In this document: positions 22,539 through 34,284 of the stretch, piece after piece
How positions within the stretch are numbered: position 1 is the stretch's first letter
Layout: every line of letters begins with the position of its first letter
NCBI GenBank assembly: GCA_000004985.1
Contig: GG738868.1
Length of the DNA stretch: 64,000 nt
DNA from: Naegleria gruberi
Lineage: Eukaryota
Strand: one strand, 5' to 3'
Notes under the pieces: generated by a model
Told to the model about the DNA's origin: nothing
Databases searched by the model: none
The model's input: only the letters and a program-made list of their open reading frames with translations
Translations under genes and position numbers: made by a program

Positions 22539-24545
22539 TTATTGAATCTCCTTATTTACCATGTTTTGTATCAAGGAAATTAATCTGTTAACATGTTCAT
22601 ATCCAGCAGCAGGCGTGTTTGTGAATGGATTCATAAAGACCATACGCAACACTTTCAAACAATTTCCTTCTGGATGAGAGTCACCCTCAAATTCACCATT
22701 CCACATTTTCACAGCTTGTTCAACCATTGAAGAGCTTTTGAATGAAGTCGTGGAGGCATAATATTCAGCATCAAAGTTTTCTGGAGAAAAGTATTGGAAC
22801 AATTTGGTAATTCTCATGTTGGTTTGTGAGAGCAGTTCACCCTTCTTGGCAATTACAAAGCATACAATGTTGCAGTCACCATTTAAAATGTAAATGTGTG
22901 GAATCTTTAAGAGCTTTTCTACAAAATATTGCTTGGTCTTGATGGAATGCAGGATGATTGAACCAAGCCCCTTGAAATTGAAACCAATAACTTTTGAGGA
23001 TAACCAAGTACCTAATACTCCTCCTACAGCTCTTGATCCCTCAAGAGAGACAGTTCCTCTCTCCCTACCTTGGAATGAAATGTATGGAGCATCACATTTT
23101 CTATAGAAATATTCTCGTTCTTCTCTTTGGATGTAAGCACCACATGCGTATGGGGCATAACCGAGTTTATGTGGATCAATAGTAATACTGTTTGCATGTC
23201 TCACAGCCAAAAGCCTCTTGATTAAATCTCTACCTAGAATGCACTCTGCATAATTCATGTAGGATTCAAAATCTAATGCGGCTTCATCATCTTGACATGC
23301 TCTCAGAGTTGACAACATAAATCCACCATAAGCTCCATCACAATGCAAGTACAAATCAATAGCTTCCTTTCTCCTCAATTCTTGGATCAGGTCGGTAATT
23401 TCATCCAATTTATCAAAATTACCACATTCTGTAGATCCAAATACTGAAACAATCATAAAGATTGGTCGGTCAACTTGTCTTGCCTTGTATACTAATTCTT
23501 TCAAATGTTCTGTTTTCATTCTTCCATCCTCATCAATATCCACATACCAAAATTGATTGAAATCAACTCCAAAGACATGAGACTTTGGCCACGAGTAGTG
23601 CTTATTATTTGGAACGATCATTATTGGAGATTGGAAGAATTCCTTCTTTTCAAATAGTTGTGTAATGTTAAAAGCTGCTTGAATCAAATCAAATTCCAAC
23701 ATGTATGGCTGTAATAATTCATATTTGGAATGGCCATTCTCTGAAACGAATTCATCAAACAATTCACTAATCTTATCATGGAGCTCCCATCCCATATGGC
23801 CAATATTGAATAGAGTGGAGCAGAATTTCTTCTCCTTTTCCGAGAGTGGAAGATTGTACTTTTTAGCCATGCATCCCATTGCAATCCAATCATAACATCT
23901 GGCTCTAGCTCTAACTACTGATTCAAAATTGGCCAAAGTTCCATCAGCTGTAAAGTGTCCATAGGAAGAACCTTTTCTGAAACCCAACATTTCAGAAATA
24001 TCCATAATACCTTCCTCCTCAAAATGTTTAGCAACACGTGAGAGTTGATGAGTACAAACATTAGGATTCTGCATTAATGAAATTATATTTCCATAAATTG
24101 AAGGCAAGGTATTATCATTCAACATGTGGGAGAGGAAATTAGTGGAGAAGGAAGGAATTTCATCCTTCATCTTTTCAATCACAAATCTAACCTTACTCTC
24201 CATCTTGTTATTCAATTCATCAATCTCCCTCTGCACTTGTTTACTCACTGAGGAAGGTTGACTCGTTTTTTCACATGGTTTATCAAACTTTCTAGCTTGT
24301 TGTCTTCTCCACTGAAAGCTCTCCTGTACAATCTCCTTAATCATTTCCATTGCCTTATCACAATGTTGTGCCTGTGGTCCAATAAACACTTGTTGGAGTA
24401 TTTGAATTTGCTTATCCGAGTCCCAACACTTGACATCACTCTCATCATTCTCAGCATCGGCAAAACCAAATGTCTTGGATGTATATCTTTCCTCAGCACT
24501 TGATGAACTTAGCGGTGAATGTTTACATAAGGCAGAGACTATCAT
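22539..24545 (-). CDS. Group II pyridoxal-phosphate-dependent amino-acid decarboxylase (aromatic-L-amino-acid / tyrosine / glutamate decarboxylase family), 668 aa, with an N-terminal extension of about 190 aa
   Basis: First ATG at 24545; the ORF-track start is TTG. Motifs TADGTLANFESV, HCDGAYGGF and the PLP-lysine motif SITIDPHKLGYAPYACGA. Confidence 0.8.
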   Translation of the reverse strand: MIVSALCKHSPLSSSSAEERYTSKTFGFADAENDESDVKCWDSDKQIQILQQVFIGPQAQHCDKAMEMIKEIVQESFQWRRQQARKFDKPCEKTSQPSSVSKQVQREIDELNNKMESKVRFVIEKMKDEIPSFSTNFLSHMLNDNTLPSIYGNIISLMQNPNVCTHQLSRVAKHFEEEGIMDISEMLGFRKGSSYGHFTADGTLANFESVVRARARCYDWIAMGCMAKKYNLPLSEKEKKFCSTLFNIGHMGWELHDKISELFDEFVSENGHSKYELLQPYMLEFDLIQAAFNITQLFEKKEFFQSPIMIVPNNKHYSWPKSHVFGVDFNQFWYVDIDEDGRMKTEHLKELVYKARQVDRPIFMIVSVFGSTECGNFDKLDEITDLIQELRRKEAIDLYLHCDGAYGGFMLSTLRACQDDEAALDFESYMNYAECILGRDLIKRLLAVRHANSITIDPHKLGYAPYACGAYIQREEREYFYRKCDAPYISFQGRERGTVSLEGSRAVGGVLGTWLSSKVIGFNFKGLGSIILHSIKTKQYFVEKLLKIPHIYILNGDCNIVCFVIAKKGELLSQTNMRITKLFQYFSPENFDAEYYASTTSFKSSSMVEQAVKMWNGEFEGDSHPEGNCLKVLRMVFMNPFTNTPAAGYEHVNRLISLIQNMVNKEIQ

Positions 24546-26091
24546 GACAGTTATTGGTGTTATTGTATTTGTTTTCAAATTATCTCAACTCACGATTCAA
24601 CAGCATGTTGATTCTCAAGTTATTGTTGTTGTTGTTGTGGATGTGCCTCTTTGGTATCAAGTCGCGTTGTGTTTGAGGTGACCACATCAAAGAAATCTGC
24701 AGAATTTTTTGGTACAATTAAGGTGATTATAAATAAATAAGGTCAATGACAACGTTGGGTTTTAAAACAAAATGGAATAGTCAATTTGGTAATATTAAGA
24801 AAATCCAAAAGAGGATGCCATGATGGTAGACGTTGAACTACCTTAATATACGGTAGGTGGACATTGAACGGAGAATGTAAACTTTAAAATTGTTTTAATA
24901 TTCAACCAATTCCAATCTCGTATCACAAAAAACATGTGTATCAATTAGAGCGTCGATTCGCTTATTGAAATTTCTAGATGATTAAGGAAAATATGGAAGA
25001 AGATATGGCGAATTAACTTCATTACTAAATTAGTAACAATTAATATTAATTTAATATGAAATCAATGAGAAGGAGTATTGATTCACATTGTTCTTTCTCC
25101 TCTCCTTATCACCTAATTGTTCACAATAATGTATAGTCAATCAAACAATTAAAGATGTTACATGGAATACCTCACATCTGAACAACCTCTATTCATTAAG
25201 TTTATTTTTGTACAGAGTGATGCAAGAGTAGGTACATCTAATTATTGAAAAATATTTATTTTATTTTATTTTTTAACATTAATTTTTTTAATAAATTATT
25301 TAATTTCCAAAATAGGACAAACAATGGCTTAACAATTCGAAAATAACTCAATTTACAGTATTACACACTGAACACCCTGGCTCAACCCTTTCCAATAAAA
25401 AAATCATCAATTGTAATCCAATCTTTCGAATCATTTCTAATACTCAAAATCTTTCGGCAATTCGAAACAACACAAGAATCGATATAATTTCCATAATTAA
25501 ATACTTTTTCCAGCACGTTTACAATTATATTTAAAGTGTTGACTTTCACTTTCGAGACTAAACTTTCCCAACAAGGTTTTGATAGGAAACTCTTCAACAC
25601 ATGAAGAAAGCTTGCGACTCGTAAGGCAGGACGAAACTGGTTTTGGTTGTGGAAAGCAGACGAAATTCATGGAATAATAGTCAATATTTCGTGCACCATT
25701 TTACAATCATTATTTAAATATCCAATAGAAATTGAGAAAAACTGTAGACTAAAGGTTTCGTACAATAAAACAAAAATTGTATTCATCTATACCAGTCTTT
25801 ACCTTGCCAAATGAAATCATTAATTACGCAAATGGTAATAGACACTAATTGACATGGTGATATTAGGAAAGTCTTGACACTAATTGGACGTAACTGTTCG
25901 AAAGTAGTTTATCCTAAACTCGCCTCATTCGAACAGGTATGGTGTTAGGTAGACACATTAGTATAGAGTAAATACATTTCAACAAACGGGTTCCATACAA
26001 TTCGTTGAAACTACTTGATCTTCATTCATCTTCCGGAAGCATCTTTGAAAAAAAATACAACAAACGAAACAAAACTAAACAAAACTAAACA

Positions 26092-27627
26092 ATGAATATC
26101 GAGCTCAATGACACATCTCCTGCAACAGTCGACAAGACAAACTCTTCCAACAACTTTCTAGATGCACACAATGATGTACTCTCTGGAAGTTCTCTCGATA
26201 TCCACCACCATCCAAATTCTCCAACTTTTGCTGACCACCAACCAACTTCTCCTTCCTCACCTCCATCTGGCGTTAAATACAGAGAAGATTTCACCATCGA
26301 TATAGAAGCTGCCAAGCAATCTGCCTCCAAGTCTACAACCTCCAGATCAAAGACAGTTTCGTCTTTGAAGAGTAGGGATTCAGATATAATTTTTACTATT
26401 CATACATGTGTGGGAAAGATTCAATTATCCAAATTGAGATTATTTAGTTTGGTTTCCTTGTTCATTAACTTGGCTTCCTTTGTCATATTAGCTGGTCTTA
26501 TCATTGCTGCTTTCGTCCTGCAAGATCAATATAACAATTTTTGGGAAGGTTTGGACACAGACACAACCTATTATAGACAACGAATGATTTCTGCTTCGAG
26601 AATGTCAGTTTTTTCAAATGGTGATAAGGCAACCACAAAGCTATACTATGATGAGTATGTGGTCTACATGTGGAAGTTTAGTAATAACACTGGGTTGTTC
26701 AAGACAGTTGTTCCTGAATCTGTTAGAAATGCTGCCTTAAAAGGAAAGACTAATCCTGAATTGGATACAACCAAAGCTGTTTATCAAGAACAAGGAGCCA
26801 TGTTTTTGGCTATGGCTGGTAATTATACTACGGCCATGTATTTGTTAAATTCTGCAACTTACAAGACTTATTTAGCTGGTTATGATTCAGAGTTTCAAAT
26901 TATGGTTGACTATGTTCAATCTGCAAAGAAACAAGCTCAGAATGTTTCTGTGGTCATGGTTACAGTTTCGTTGGCTGTTATTTTATTCTCTCTCGTATTG
27001 GTAGTTCCTGTCATTATTTCTTCATTTGTAGTTTCGATTAAGAAGGACGAATCTGTTAATAGAAAACTAAACCAAGCTAGAACCTTCTTATTGATTGATA
27101 CCATGCAACATGCCAAGATGAGACAATTATTTAGAAAGCATTGTGAAACAGAGTTGAGTTTGGAAAATTTCCAACTTTTAGAAAAGATTACCGATTACAA
27201 AATGTATTGTGAAAGAAGTTTCGAAATTCAAGAATATTTATACGAAAGCAGTGAAAGAAGTGATACCATTTCAGATATTTCTGCTGAAAATAAGAAGAAG
27301 GGTTATGCCAAGAAGAAGTTCAATGAAAAGGATTTGCTCGAATGTGAAAAGAAGAAATACGAAATTGCATTCGAAATTTACTCTGAATTCTTGGATGTCA
27401 GAGGTGAGAAATCTGTCAATTTAAACAAGCAGATTACTGAAAAGGTCAAGCAACACTTGGATTTATTCGCCACTGGTCAGAATGAACATTTAATCGATTC
27501 ACTTTTCGAACAAGTCGAAGCCGAAACTTGCATTGTCATGTTGGATTCTCATCACAGATTCAAGCAAACCATCGAATTCCAAAAACAAGCCAAGAAGGAT
27601 ATTATTACCTCAAAGAAGAAACATTAA
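26092..27627 (+). CDS. Two-TM membrane protein with an extracytoplasmic loop domain of about 140 aa and a C-terminal RGS (regulator of G-protein signalling) domain, 511 aa
   Basis: ATG start. TM1 LFSLVSLFINLASFVILAGLIIAAFVL and TM2 VSVVMVTVSLAVILFSLVLVVPVIISSFVV. RGS-like C-terminus LSLENFQLLEKITDYK..YEIAFEIYSEFLD..VNLN..CIVMLDSHHRFKQT. Confidence 0.7.
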   Translation: MNIELNDTSPATVDKTNSSNNFLDAHNDVLSGSSLDIHHHPNSPTFADHQPTSPSSPPSGVKYREDFTIDIEAAKQSASKSTTSRSKTVSSLKSRDSDIIFTIHTCVGKIQLSKLRLFSLVSLFINLASFVILAGLIIAAFVLQDQYNNFWEGLDTDTTYYRQRMISASRMSVFSNGDKATTKLYYDEYVVYMWKFSNNTGLFKTVVPESVRNAALKGKTNPELDTTKAVYQEQGAMFLAMAGNYTTAMYLLNSATYKTYLAGYDSEFQIMVDYVQSAKKQAQNVSVVMVTVSLAVILFSLVLVVPVIISSFVVSIKKDESVNRKLNQARTFLLIDTMQHAKMRQLFRKHCETELSLENFQLLEKITDYKMYCERSFEIQEYLYESSERSDTISDISAENKKKGYAKKKFNEKDLLECEKKKYEIAFEIYSEFLDVRGEKSVNLNKQITEKVKQHLDLFATGQNEHLIDSLFEQVEAETCIVMLDSHHRFKQTIEFQKQAKKDIITSKKKH

Positions 27628-27669
27628 AATTTTGTACCTATTGTATTTTTAGTAGAATTTTGAAATCTT

Positions 27670-28581
27670 TTAAATGTTAAATTCTAATACTGATTTGACT
27701 CCAAAATGATCAGAAAGTGGAATAATTGAATTATTAATTCTACAAGTCCAATTTTCCAATTTGAATTTAACAGAGGAGGACAACCTTTGCTTGGTTGACT
27801 GTGAAACCAAGATGTGATCCAAACATTGAGAGCCATCACAGAAAGTTGCTGGAAAATTTGAAGGATTTGAACCAAAAACATCTTGAAATTCGAATTGATC
27901 TGAGATTCCATTCAATTTTTCCATTAAATAAGAATATGAATCAGGTTCAGAGAAGGAATCAATGTTGAAATCTCCACAAATGATAATTAGTTCAGTTTCG
28001 TCTTTAGTGTTTTGTTCGCATCTTCTTGAGCTTTGAGAATTTACCATTTTAGAAACCAAAGAGGTCAATTCGTCCACTTGCAACTTTCTCTTCTCACTAT
28101 CAAATGCCTCCATGTGTAATGTAAATAAATGAAGAGGAATTGAGCTTTCTTCAATTGGAATCCTAATCTTACTATACAAAACTCCCTTTGCAGTCATATA
28201 TGATCTCCATGTTGAATTCTTAAAAACATAATTGACTGTTTTTTCCACTTTAAATCGACTCACAATAGCCAATCCAGAATCCAAACATCCAGAATATGGC
28301 GTATCCGATTCAATCATGTTATATTTGTGTGGATTTATAATTTCCTTCAATCCATCCACAAGAGTTTCATAGGCAGAATTATCAAATAATGTGATGGGCC
28401 AAATATTTCCAAATCGGTGCAATTCCTGAAGACAAATTAAATCCAATTCAGGGATATTATCTTTAAATTTTGTTAAAAATCCTTTGGCTCGTTCGAGTTT
28501 ATAGGGTGGATCGGAATTTTTAGCAAGAGAATGAATGAGCCATGTATTGTATGTCAATAAGGAGAGTTTGATTGTTGGCAT
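27670..28581 (-). CDS. Endonuclease/exonuclease/phosphatase (EEP) superfamily protein, neutral-sphingomyelinase-like phosphodiesterase, 303 aa
   Basis: ATG start. Motifs LTYNTW, LICLQE, GLAIVSRF, ICGDFN and the C-terminal catalytic LSDHFGV. Confidence 0.7.
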   Translation of the reverse strand: MPTIKLSLLTYNTWLIHSLAKNSDPPYKLERAKGFLTKFKDNIPELDLICLQELHRFGNIWPITLFDNSAYETLVDGLKEIINPHKYNMIESDTPYSGCLDSGLAIVSRFKVEKTVNYVFKNSTWRSYMTAKGVLYSKIRIPIEESSIPLHLFTLHMEAFDSEKRKLQVDELTSLVSKMVNSQSSRRCEQNTKDETELIIICGDFNIDSFSEPDSYSYLMEKLNGISDQFEFQDVFGSNPSNFPATFCDGSQCLDHILVSQSTKQRLSSSVKFKLENWTCRINNSIIPLSDHFGVKSVLEFNI

Positions 28582-28698
28582 TTTTTTTGTTTTGAGATAG
28601 GTGTGAACATACTGACAGAGATATCAATAGGTCACAGTCATGACGTCATTTTCATCTTTACAAAACCATTCAGTATTCAAAAGTGATTGAGTTATTCT

Positions 28699-29793
28699 TT
28701 AATTATTAGAATATGCAGAGGTCAATACCTTGAAAGCAGGTTTCATAAGTGGAGTAAAGAAACATGAATAGAGTGGACCACCTTCATGATAATCAGGTGT
28801 AGATGGATTGTCCCATGAGAATAGATATAGTCCATCAAGGATATCAGAAAATGAGGGAAGAACAGAAAAGATGGTTTCATAGGCAGCTTGTTGACATGTA
28901 ACATTTGGAGAGAAGATTGGTCCAATGCAACCTTGAGATCTTGTTGGAAAGACTGTTGGTTGAGTTGCACATGCCTGAGTGGAGGGATACCCTATTTCTG
29001 TAAATATGATTGGTTTCTGAATGGTCTTTACCCAATTTCTCAAATAATTCATTTGTGAAATGTAGATTCGTTTCATTTCTTCCAAAGGTGGATGAGGATT
29101 ATCAGTGGTAGCCATGGAATAATATGCCTCAATTCCAATAAAATCCAACAAGTTCCAAAACGGCACCTTTTCAAATTCATGATAATAAATTGAAGCATAG
29201 GTCAATTTTCCAGATGGATAAACCTTTCTGACACTTGCTATTAAATTATTCCACAATGGCAAGTTTTGAATTGGAACTGCAACATATGGTATTTCCAAAG
29301 CAACAGACAATGATTCCACTCTATTTCTTTCACACAACATGGCCAATGGAACAATCAATTTCGAATAGCTTTCAAACCAAAGTGTAGCATTACTTGGTCG
29401 AATATACATTGAAACATTCCCAGGCACTTCAATAATTGGCTTGATCAACAAGTTCATATTAAACAATTTGGTTTGTCTAATAAACATCTCTAACCATTCA
29501 TCACTCGGACTCTCATAATTCCTTCTCACTTCATTCGATTGAAAATCATCTTGTTCCCACAACACCTCGAGAGAAATGGCATTCACTCCCACACTAGCCA
29601 TCTGTGCCAAATTCTCTTGAACCACTTGTAAGGGAACACGTGAAGGATCATAGACTGGAAAATTAACTCCCTTCACTTTTAATTTTATCCGATCATCAAT
29701 GGATTTAGCCTTTATCATGGATAGATTAATCATCATAAGCATCAGCACCATGGCTACGAGAAGAGGGAAGTCACTGGATTGAAATTGCGCCAT
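28699..29793 (-). CDS. Secreted TIM-barrel glycoside hydrolase (clan GH-A-like), 364 aa, signal peptide MAQFQSSDFPLLVAMVLMLMMINLSMIKA
   Basis: ATG start. Hydrophobic N-terminus. Catalytic-nucleophile-like motif IIFTEIGYPS. Family assignment is tentative. Confidence 0.5.
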   Translation of the reverse strand: MAQFQSSDFPLLVAMVLMLMMINLSMIKAKSIDDRIKLKVKGVNFPVYDPSRVPLQVVQENLAQMASVGVNAISLEVLWEQDDFQSNEVRRNYESPSDEWLEMFIRQTKLFNMNLLIKPIIEVPGNVSMYIRPSNATLWFESYSKLIVPLAMLCERNRVESLSVALEIPYVAVPIQNLPLWNNLIASVRKVYPSGKLTYASIYYHEFEKVPFWNLLDFIGIEAYYSMATTDNPHPPLEEMKRIYISQMNYLRNWVKTIQKPIIFTEIGYPSTQACATQPTVFPTRSQGCIGPIFSPNVTCQQAAYETIFSVLPSFSDILDGLYLFSWDNPSTPDYHEGGPLYSCFFTPLMKPAFKVLTSAYSNN

Positions 29794-30182
29794 TTTTTTT
29801 ATTGATTTGTTTACTAATGAAATGGTGCCAAGTTTGTTTTGGAATGTTAATGGAAGGAGATCACAGTAGAATAGTTGAAAGAGTGAATAATCATGAGAAA
29901 CTCAGTTGCCTTGGAGGAATGTATTTGAATTTATTTATAAATATTCGAAACGATGAATTTTCCAAATGTCCATTTACAATTGTTTAGAGTTGAATGAATT
30001 ACAGTTAATATGATGAAAATGGGTTAATTTGTAATTGTTCCATAATTTGATGACCAATGGGAAATTAATAAATCGTATCGTTCAATGAAAGCACCTCAAC
30101 ATCTTAAAGATGAATAAAGACAATTTCTAAAAATGGAAAATTGATATTCAAAATTAATTTTCCAATTAATAATGCAACAGCA

Positions 30183-30743
30183 ATGCACAACAAAAGAAAA
30201 AAGCATAAACACTCGCCAATTTTCTTAAATAAAAAATCCATACAACACTCCACAATGAATTTGATCAAAGCATTCCAACCCACAAGCAATAGAAACTCAT
30301 TCTTGAGTTTGTTGTTCGTTCAAAGTAGAACTTACTCAACCACACACCACAAACATCCAACAGGTCACCATCACAGTCACATTCATACTGAGAGTAGCAC
30401 AAAGAAGGAGCAATCAAGTAAACCAACTGCCTCCTCTAAGAAAGCTGGTACTAATATAACTGATACTCCTGTGAGTATTTTCGAGCAACCAGAAGTTGAT
30501 ATCAATGAGAGAAGTACTGAACCTCTTCCATGGGACAGAGAAAGAGAAGGTAAAATACTCGAGAAGAAACTCTCTGATATTGATGAAATCAAATGGAGAG
30601 AAGCAGAGGATAGACAAATTGGATCCATTATCTATAGAAGAGCAGAGGAGGTCTGTATTGAAAATCATGATCATGCTCTGCCACAACCACCAGTTGATGT
30701 TTCTCAACAATATGTCAATGACGATAAGCCACTTGATAAGTAA
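30183..30743 (+). CDS. Hypothetical His/Ser/Lys-rich protein (about 186 aa); start codon uncertain (ATG at 30183 or 30255)
   Basis: ORF only. Low-complexity N-terminus. No homology recognised. Confidence 0.3.
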   Translation: MHNKRKKHKHSPIFLNKKSIQHSTMNLIKAFQPTSNRNSFLSLLFVQSRTYSTTHHKHPTGHHHSHIHTESSTKKEQSSKPTASSKKAGTNITDTPVSIFEQPEVDINERSTEPLPWDREREGKILEKKLSDIDEIKWREAEDRQIGSIIYRRAEEVCIENHDHALPQPPVDVSQQYVNDDKPLDK

Positions 30744-30962
30744 ATTTTCCAATCATTGAATCAACCACTAAAAATTGATTCATGCATTGTGAGAGTTTCA
30801 ACCTGTATATTACTGTAGATAAATAATTGTAAATAAAATCACTTCACAAATATAGATTCATTATTGTTATATACATGCTCTCCATATGTGGAGGAGAATT
30901 GAATCACCTTCCAAATTGTCGTCGCTACAATATTCGAAACAGAAAAAATTATGGAAACATTA

Positions 30963-32792
30963 CTACCTTCTCTTTTCAGAGTCTCTTCCAATATAATACC
31001 TCGGAGGAGAATAGTCCTCCAAATCCATATTAATATTATTTACCAATGTTTGATTAATAATGTCCTGTTCTGTTACAATTTGGTCACCATCAACAAATGA
31101 TTTGGTTGCACTACTGCCAAACACTCTGTGTAAATTTCTCTTAGATGATGAATGTATCAATTGCTTCTTATTGGTTGGTGAGGGAGTTGGTGATAAACCA
31201 AAGAATTTCTTATCAGTAATCATTTGAGAGGAAGTTGTTGAATCTATTGATGATGTTTGAAGTGAATCTGAATTGAAAGAAGGAGGTATATAATTACCAA
31301 TTTCAATATTTAGGTTAGATGAATCATTAATAAATGGATTCTCTGCAAAGTTTGCCAAGTCGTCATCTCTTTCCAATAATTGTTGGTGATTTAAAGCTTT
31401 GGTTTCCAAATTCATTACTCTCCTAATTTGTTCATTCGTAAAAATAGTATTATTAGAATCTACAAAAAATCTCATGTCCCAATCCTCAAAGAAGCTTAAA
31501 TCCCTTCTCCATCGATTACAACCCATCCAACTACGGATTGTGTACCAGACAACTCTGTGCATGACTGCATAGAAATAGGTTGTTGAGAGAAAGAGTGGAA
31601 CATAGGAAATGATAATTCTTATTGGAATGAGTAAATTCAAACGAACAGAGAAGCAAATGGCAATGAATAAAGTTGTGAAAATGATCAACACCAGCATGAT
31701 GACTTCAATTTTTGATTCCTTGTATGCTTTTCTTACATTGTGAGTGAGAATTGACATGATTAACATGGCTGCCACATAGACAACCACCAGAGTCACAAAT
31801 ATGATAAATCCTCCAACTTCATATTGACAAGATTCGTGACTATTATCCTCAATCTTGTAATTGTTAAAATCCAAAGCTGTTGCAATGATACATGCTATTA
31901 GGCAGGGTATCAAACATAACAGAAACCAAACCATAGTTGGTATTTTCCTCTTGATGTTGAATTTTACCTGTACATGTGTAAAAATTTAAATTAAATAATA
32001 TATTTAAAATGTAAAAATATAAATTAAATAATATTTAAAATTCAAATATAATTTTAAATTCAAATATAATCAAAATTTAAAATAACAAATTAAATCAAAA
32101 CATACCATTACATTAAATAATATAAATACAGTTATTAATCTGACAATTACACATGACATCCATCCCAGTAATGAAAATAATACAATCCAAATATTGATCA
32201 GTGCACATAAATCAGGATGATTAGTAATCATATTATTGGTATAGGCATAGGACACGAATGAAATCGATCCAAGAATGACACTGACAGTCATCAGTTTAGG
32301 CTGTTTAGTTTTAACCACTCTAAACCTCTGATTTAGTAATACAGCAAATCCAAAGAATATATTTACAATACAAATTACAAGTCCAATCGAAAAGAAGGTA
32401 ATATCACCAACTGACATGGGCATGGTTGTTAAATTAAATACATTTACAGGAAATCCTATTGATGAAGAATCATTCCCTTCCCGATACGAATAATTTACAT
32501 CATAAATTCCTCCTATATTATTATTATTATTATTATTAAATTCCCAATAATAATTATTATGATGATGATGATTAATTGATGATGGCAATAAGGATGATGA
32601 AATCAAACTCTTCATCCACGACCCAAAAATCATGGAAAATATATTACTAAAATTCATAGAATGATCCATCGAATAATATTCTTGTTGTTGCTGTTGTTGT
32701 TGGTGGTGATCAATAATTGAGAATAACACTCCCTGCTGCTGATCATCCCGATCATTGAGATGATGAAAATTAAAATCGTCGTCCTCAAGCAT
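30963..32792 (-). CDS. Seven-transmembrane receptor-like protein (about 563 aa) with a poly-Q/N/H N-terminus. Exon 1 (32792-32106) encodes TM1-3, a 138-nt AT-rich intron lies at 32105-31968 (GTATGT..TACAG, phase 0), and exon 2 (31967-30963) encodes TM4-7 plus a C-tail.
   Basis: The two adjacent minus-strand ORFs carry 3 and 4 helices respectively. Joining them gives ..ILFNVM|VKFNIKRKIPTMVWFLL.. in frame. The ORF-1 TGA stop falls inside the proposed intron. Confidence 0.5.
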
Positions 32793-34284
32793 TTTTAAAT
32801 TTTGCTTTTTCCGGTTAATTAGAAGGAAATGAGAAAGATCTTAAGTGGTCGTGACCTCTCTCATCAATTTATATTGAGTAATTTGAATAATTGGCTGGGA
32901 ATTGGCTGATGAAAAATTGTTTTACTTTCAGTATGAAGAAGACAAGAGTGGAGAGATTGTGAAGGTTTGTAATCAATATCAAGAAGAAGGAATTGTGGAA
33001 GAAAGGATATCAGAATAGTCGTTGATGGGTAACTGAAATCAGTGTAAAGCGTTCATTCTTAAATTTCACTTTTAGCCTAGTGCGTTTTTCATGATGTTGA
33101 AAGTGAAAAACTAACAACAATTAAAGACTTTTGACTTTTGAATAGTTTACAAGAGGTCAATTACTGATCTACTGTAAATTGTTATACAAAATCAATCTAC
33201 AGTAACAACAATCTCTCTTAGTTGAGCCTCCACACAAAACATAAATCTATAAATGAATATGATGCAAGAATACATCAACAAACATCATCCTTTTACAGAA
33301 GTATACAAATGGAAGTTAATATTAAGGGTGCGAAACATGAACTTTTAGAATCGTATTGGAGGTATGCAATGTAGTGCATTGAGACATGAAAATATAAATG
33401 GAAATTTTCTTCGTGCATGATTTTTGGGTAATAACTACTTTCCTTAAAGATTAGCGACAAGCTACTAATACGAAACCAAATATTCGAACAGCTAAAATTG
33501 TAATATGTACAAAAGGTGGAGATGTATCATGCAAGTTTAAATACTTAATATCCAAAAGAATTGAAAGTTGTTCACTTCCTCAAATTGTAAACCACCTAAC
33601 CCTTCTGGTATTCATCTATTCGAAAGCAGACTAAACTGTATTTCAAAATTAAAGTGAAACACATTGAGAACCTTAGTTGAAAGGAGATACAATGACTCAA
33701 TGAACATTATAAAATAATCAAACGAATTCATTTCCTTTCCAATAAAAATACCAATTTGTCCAATTTTAATATCCTTAAAAAAATCTCTTAAATGTTTTAA
33801 AAAACCAATCCAGACAAGTAGTTTTCTCTTTGGGCCACGTCTCTCCTGAATCAGATACCACTTCCATTTCTAGTAATCATCTCTATTTTTAACATTTCCT
33901 TAACCATCTGATGCAGTAAACCTCCTTCGAAATACCAATCACTCACCATCAACAAACAGACAACGAGAAAAACAACCGCCATTTTCGCACGTTGGTCACC
34001 ACCTCTATGGTATTTCACTACTGCTGTAAAACACTGAAGACGCTGCATCCATTCTCCTTGAGGTACAATACGAAATTTTTCATGCTTGCGTTCTTTTTGC
34101 AAAGCAAGTGCGAAGCAATACACAAGACAGCAAACAACAAAATTGACTTTCCGTGTTTGATGTTGCCGAAGTGACTTCGCACACGAATCAAGGAAACACA
34201 ATAAATAGTTCCACGAAGCCTTTTCATCATAATAACCCAAAAAAAAACATAAAAATCTCAAACTCTTCAACTAGCACTAGTAAA

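Noticed and set aside
33851-34270. 139-aa minus-strand ORF and a possible mini-gene MAVVFLVVCLLM + intron + MVKEMLKIEMITRNGSGI
   Set aside because: It has a non-ATG start, no homology, and the intron and exon solution yields only 30 aa. The support is insufficient.
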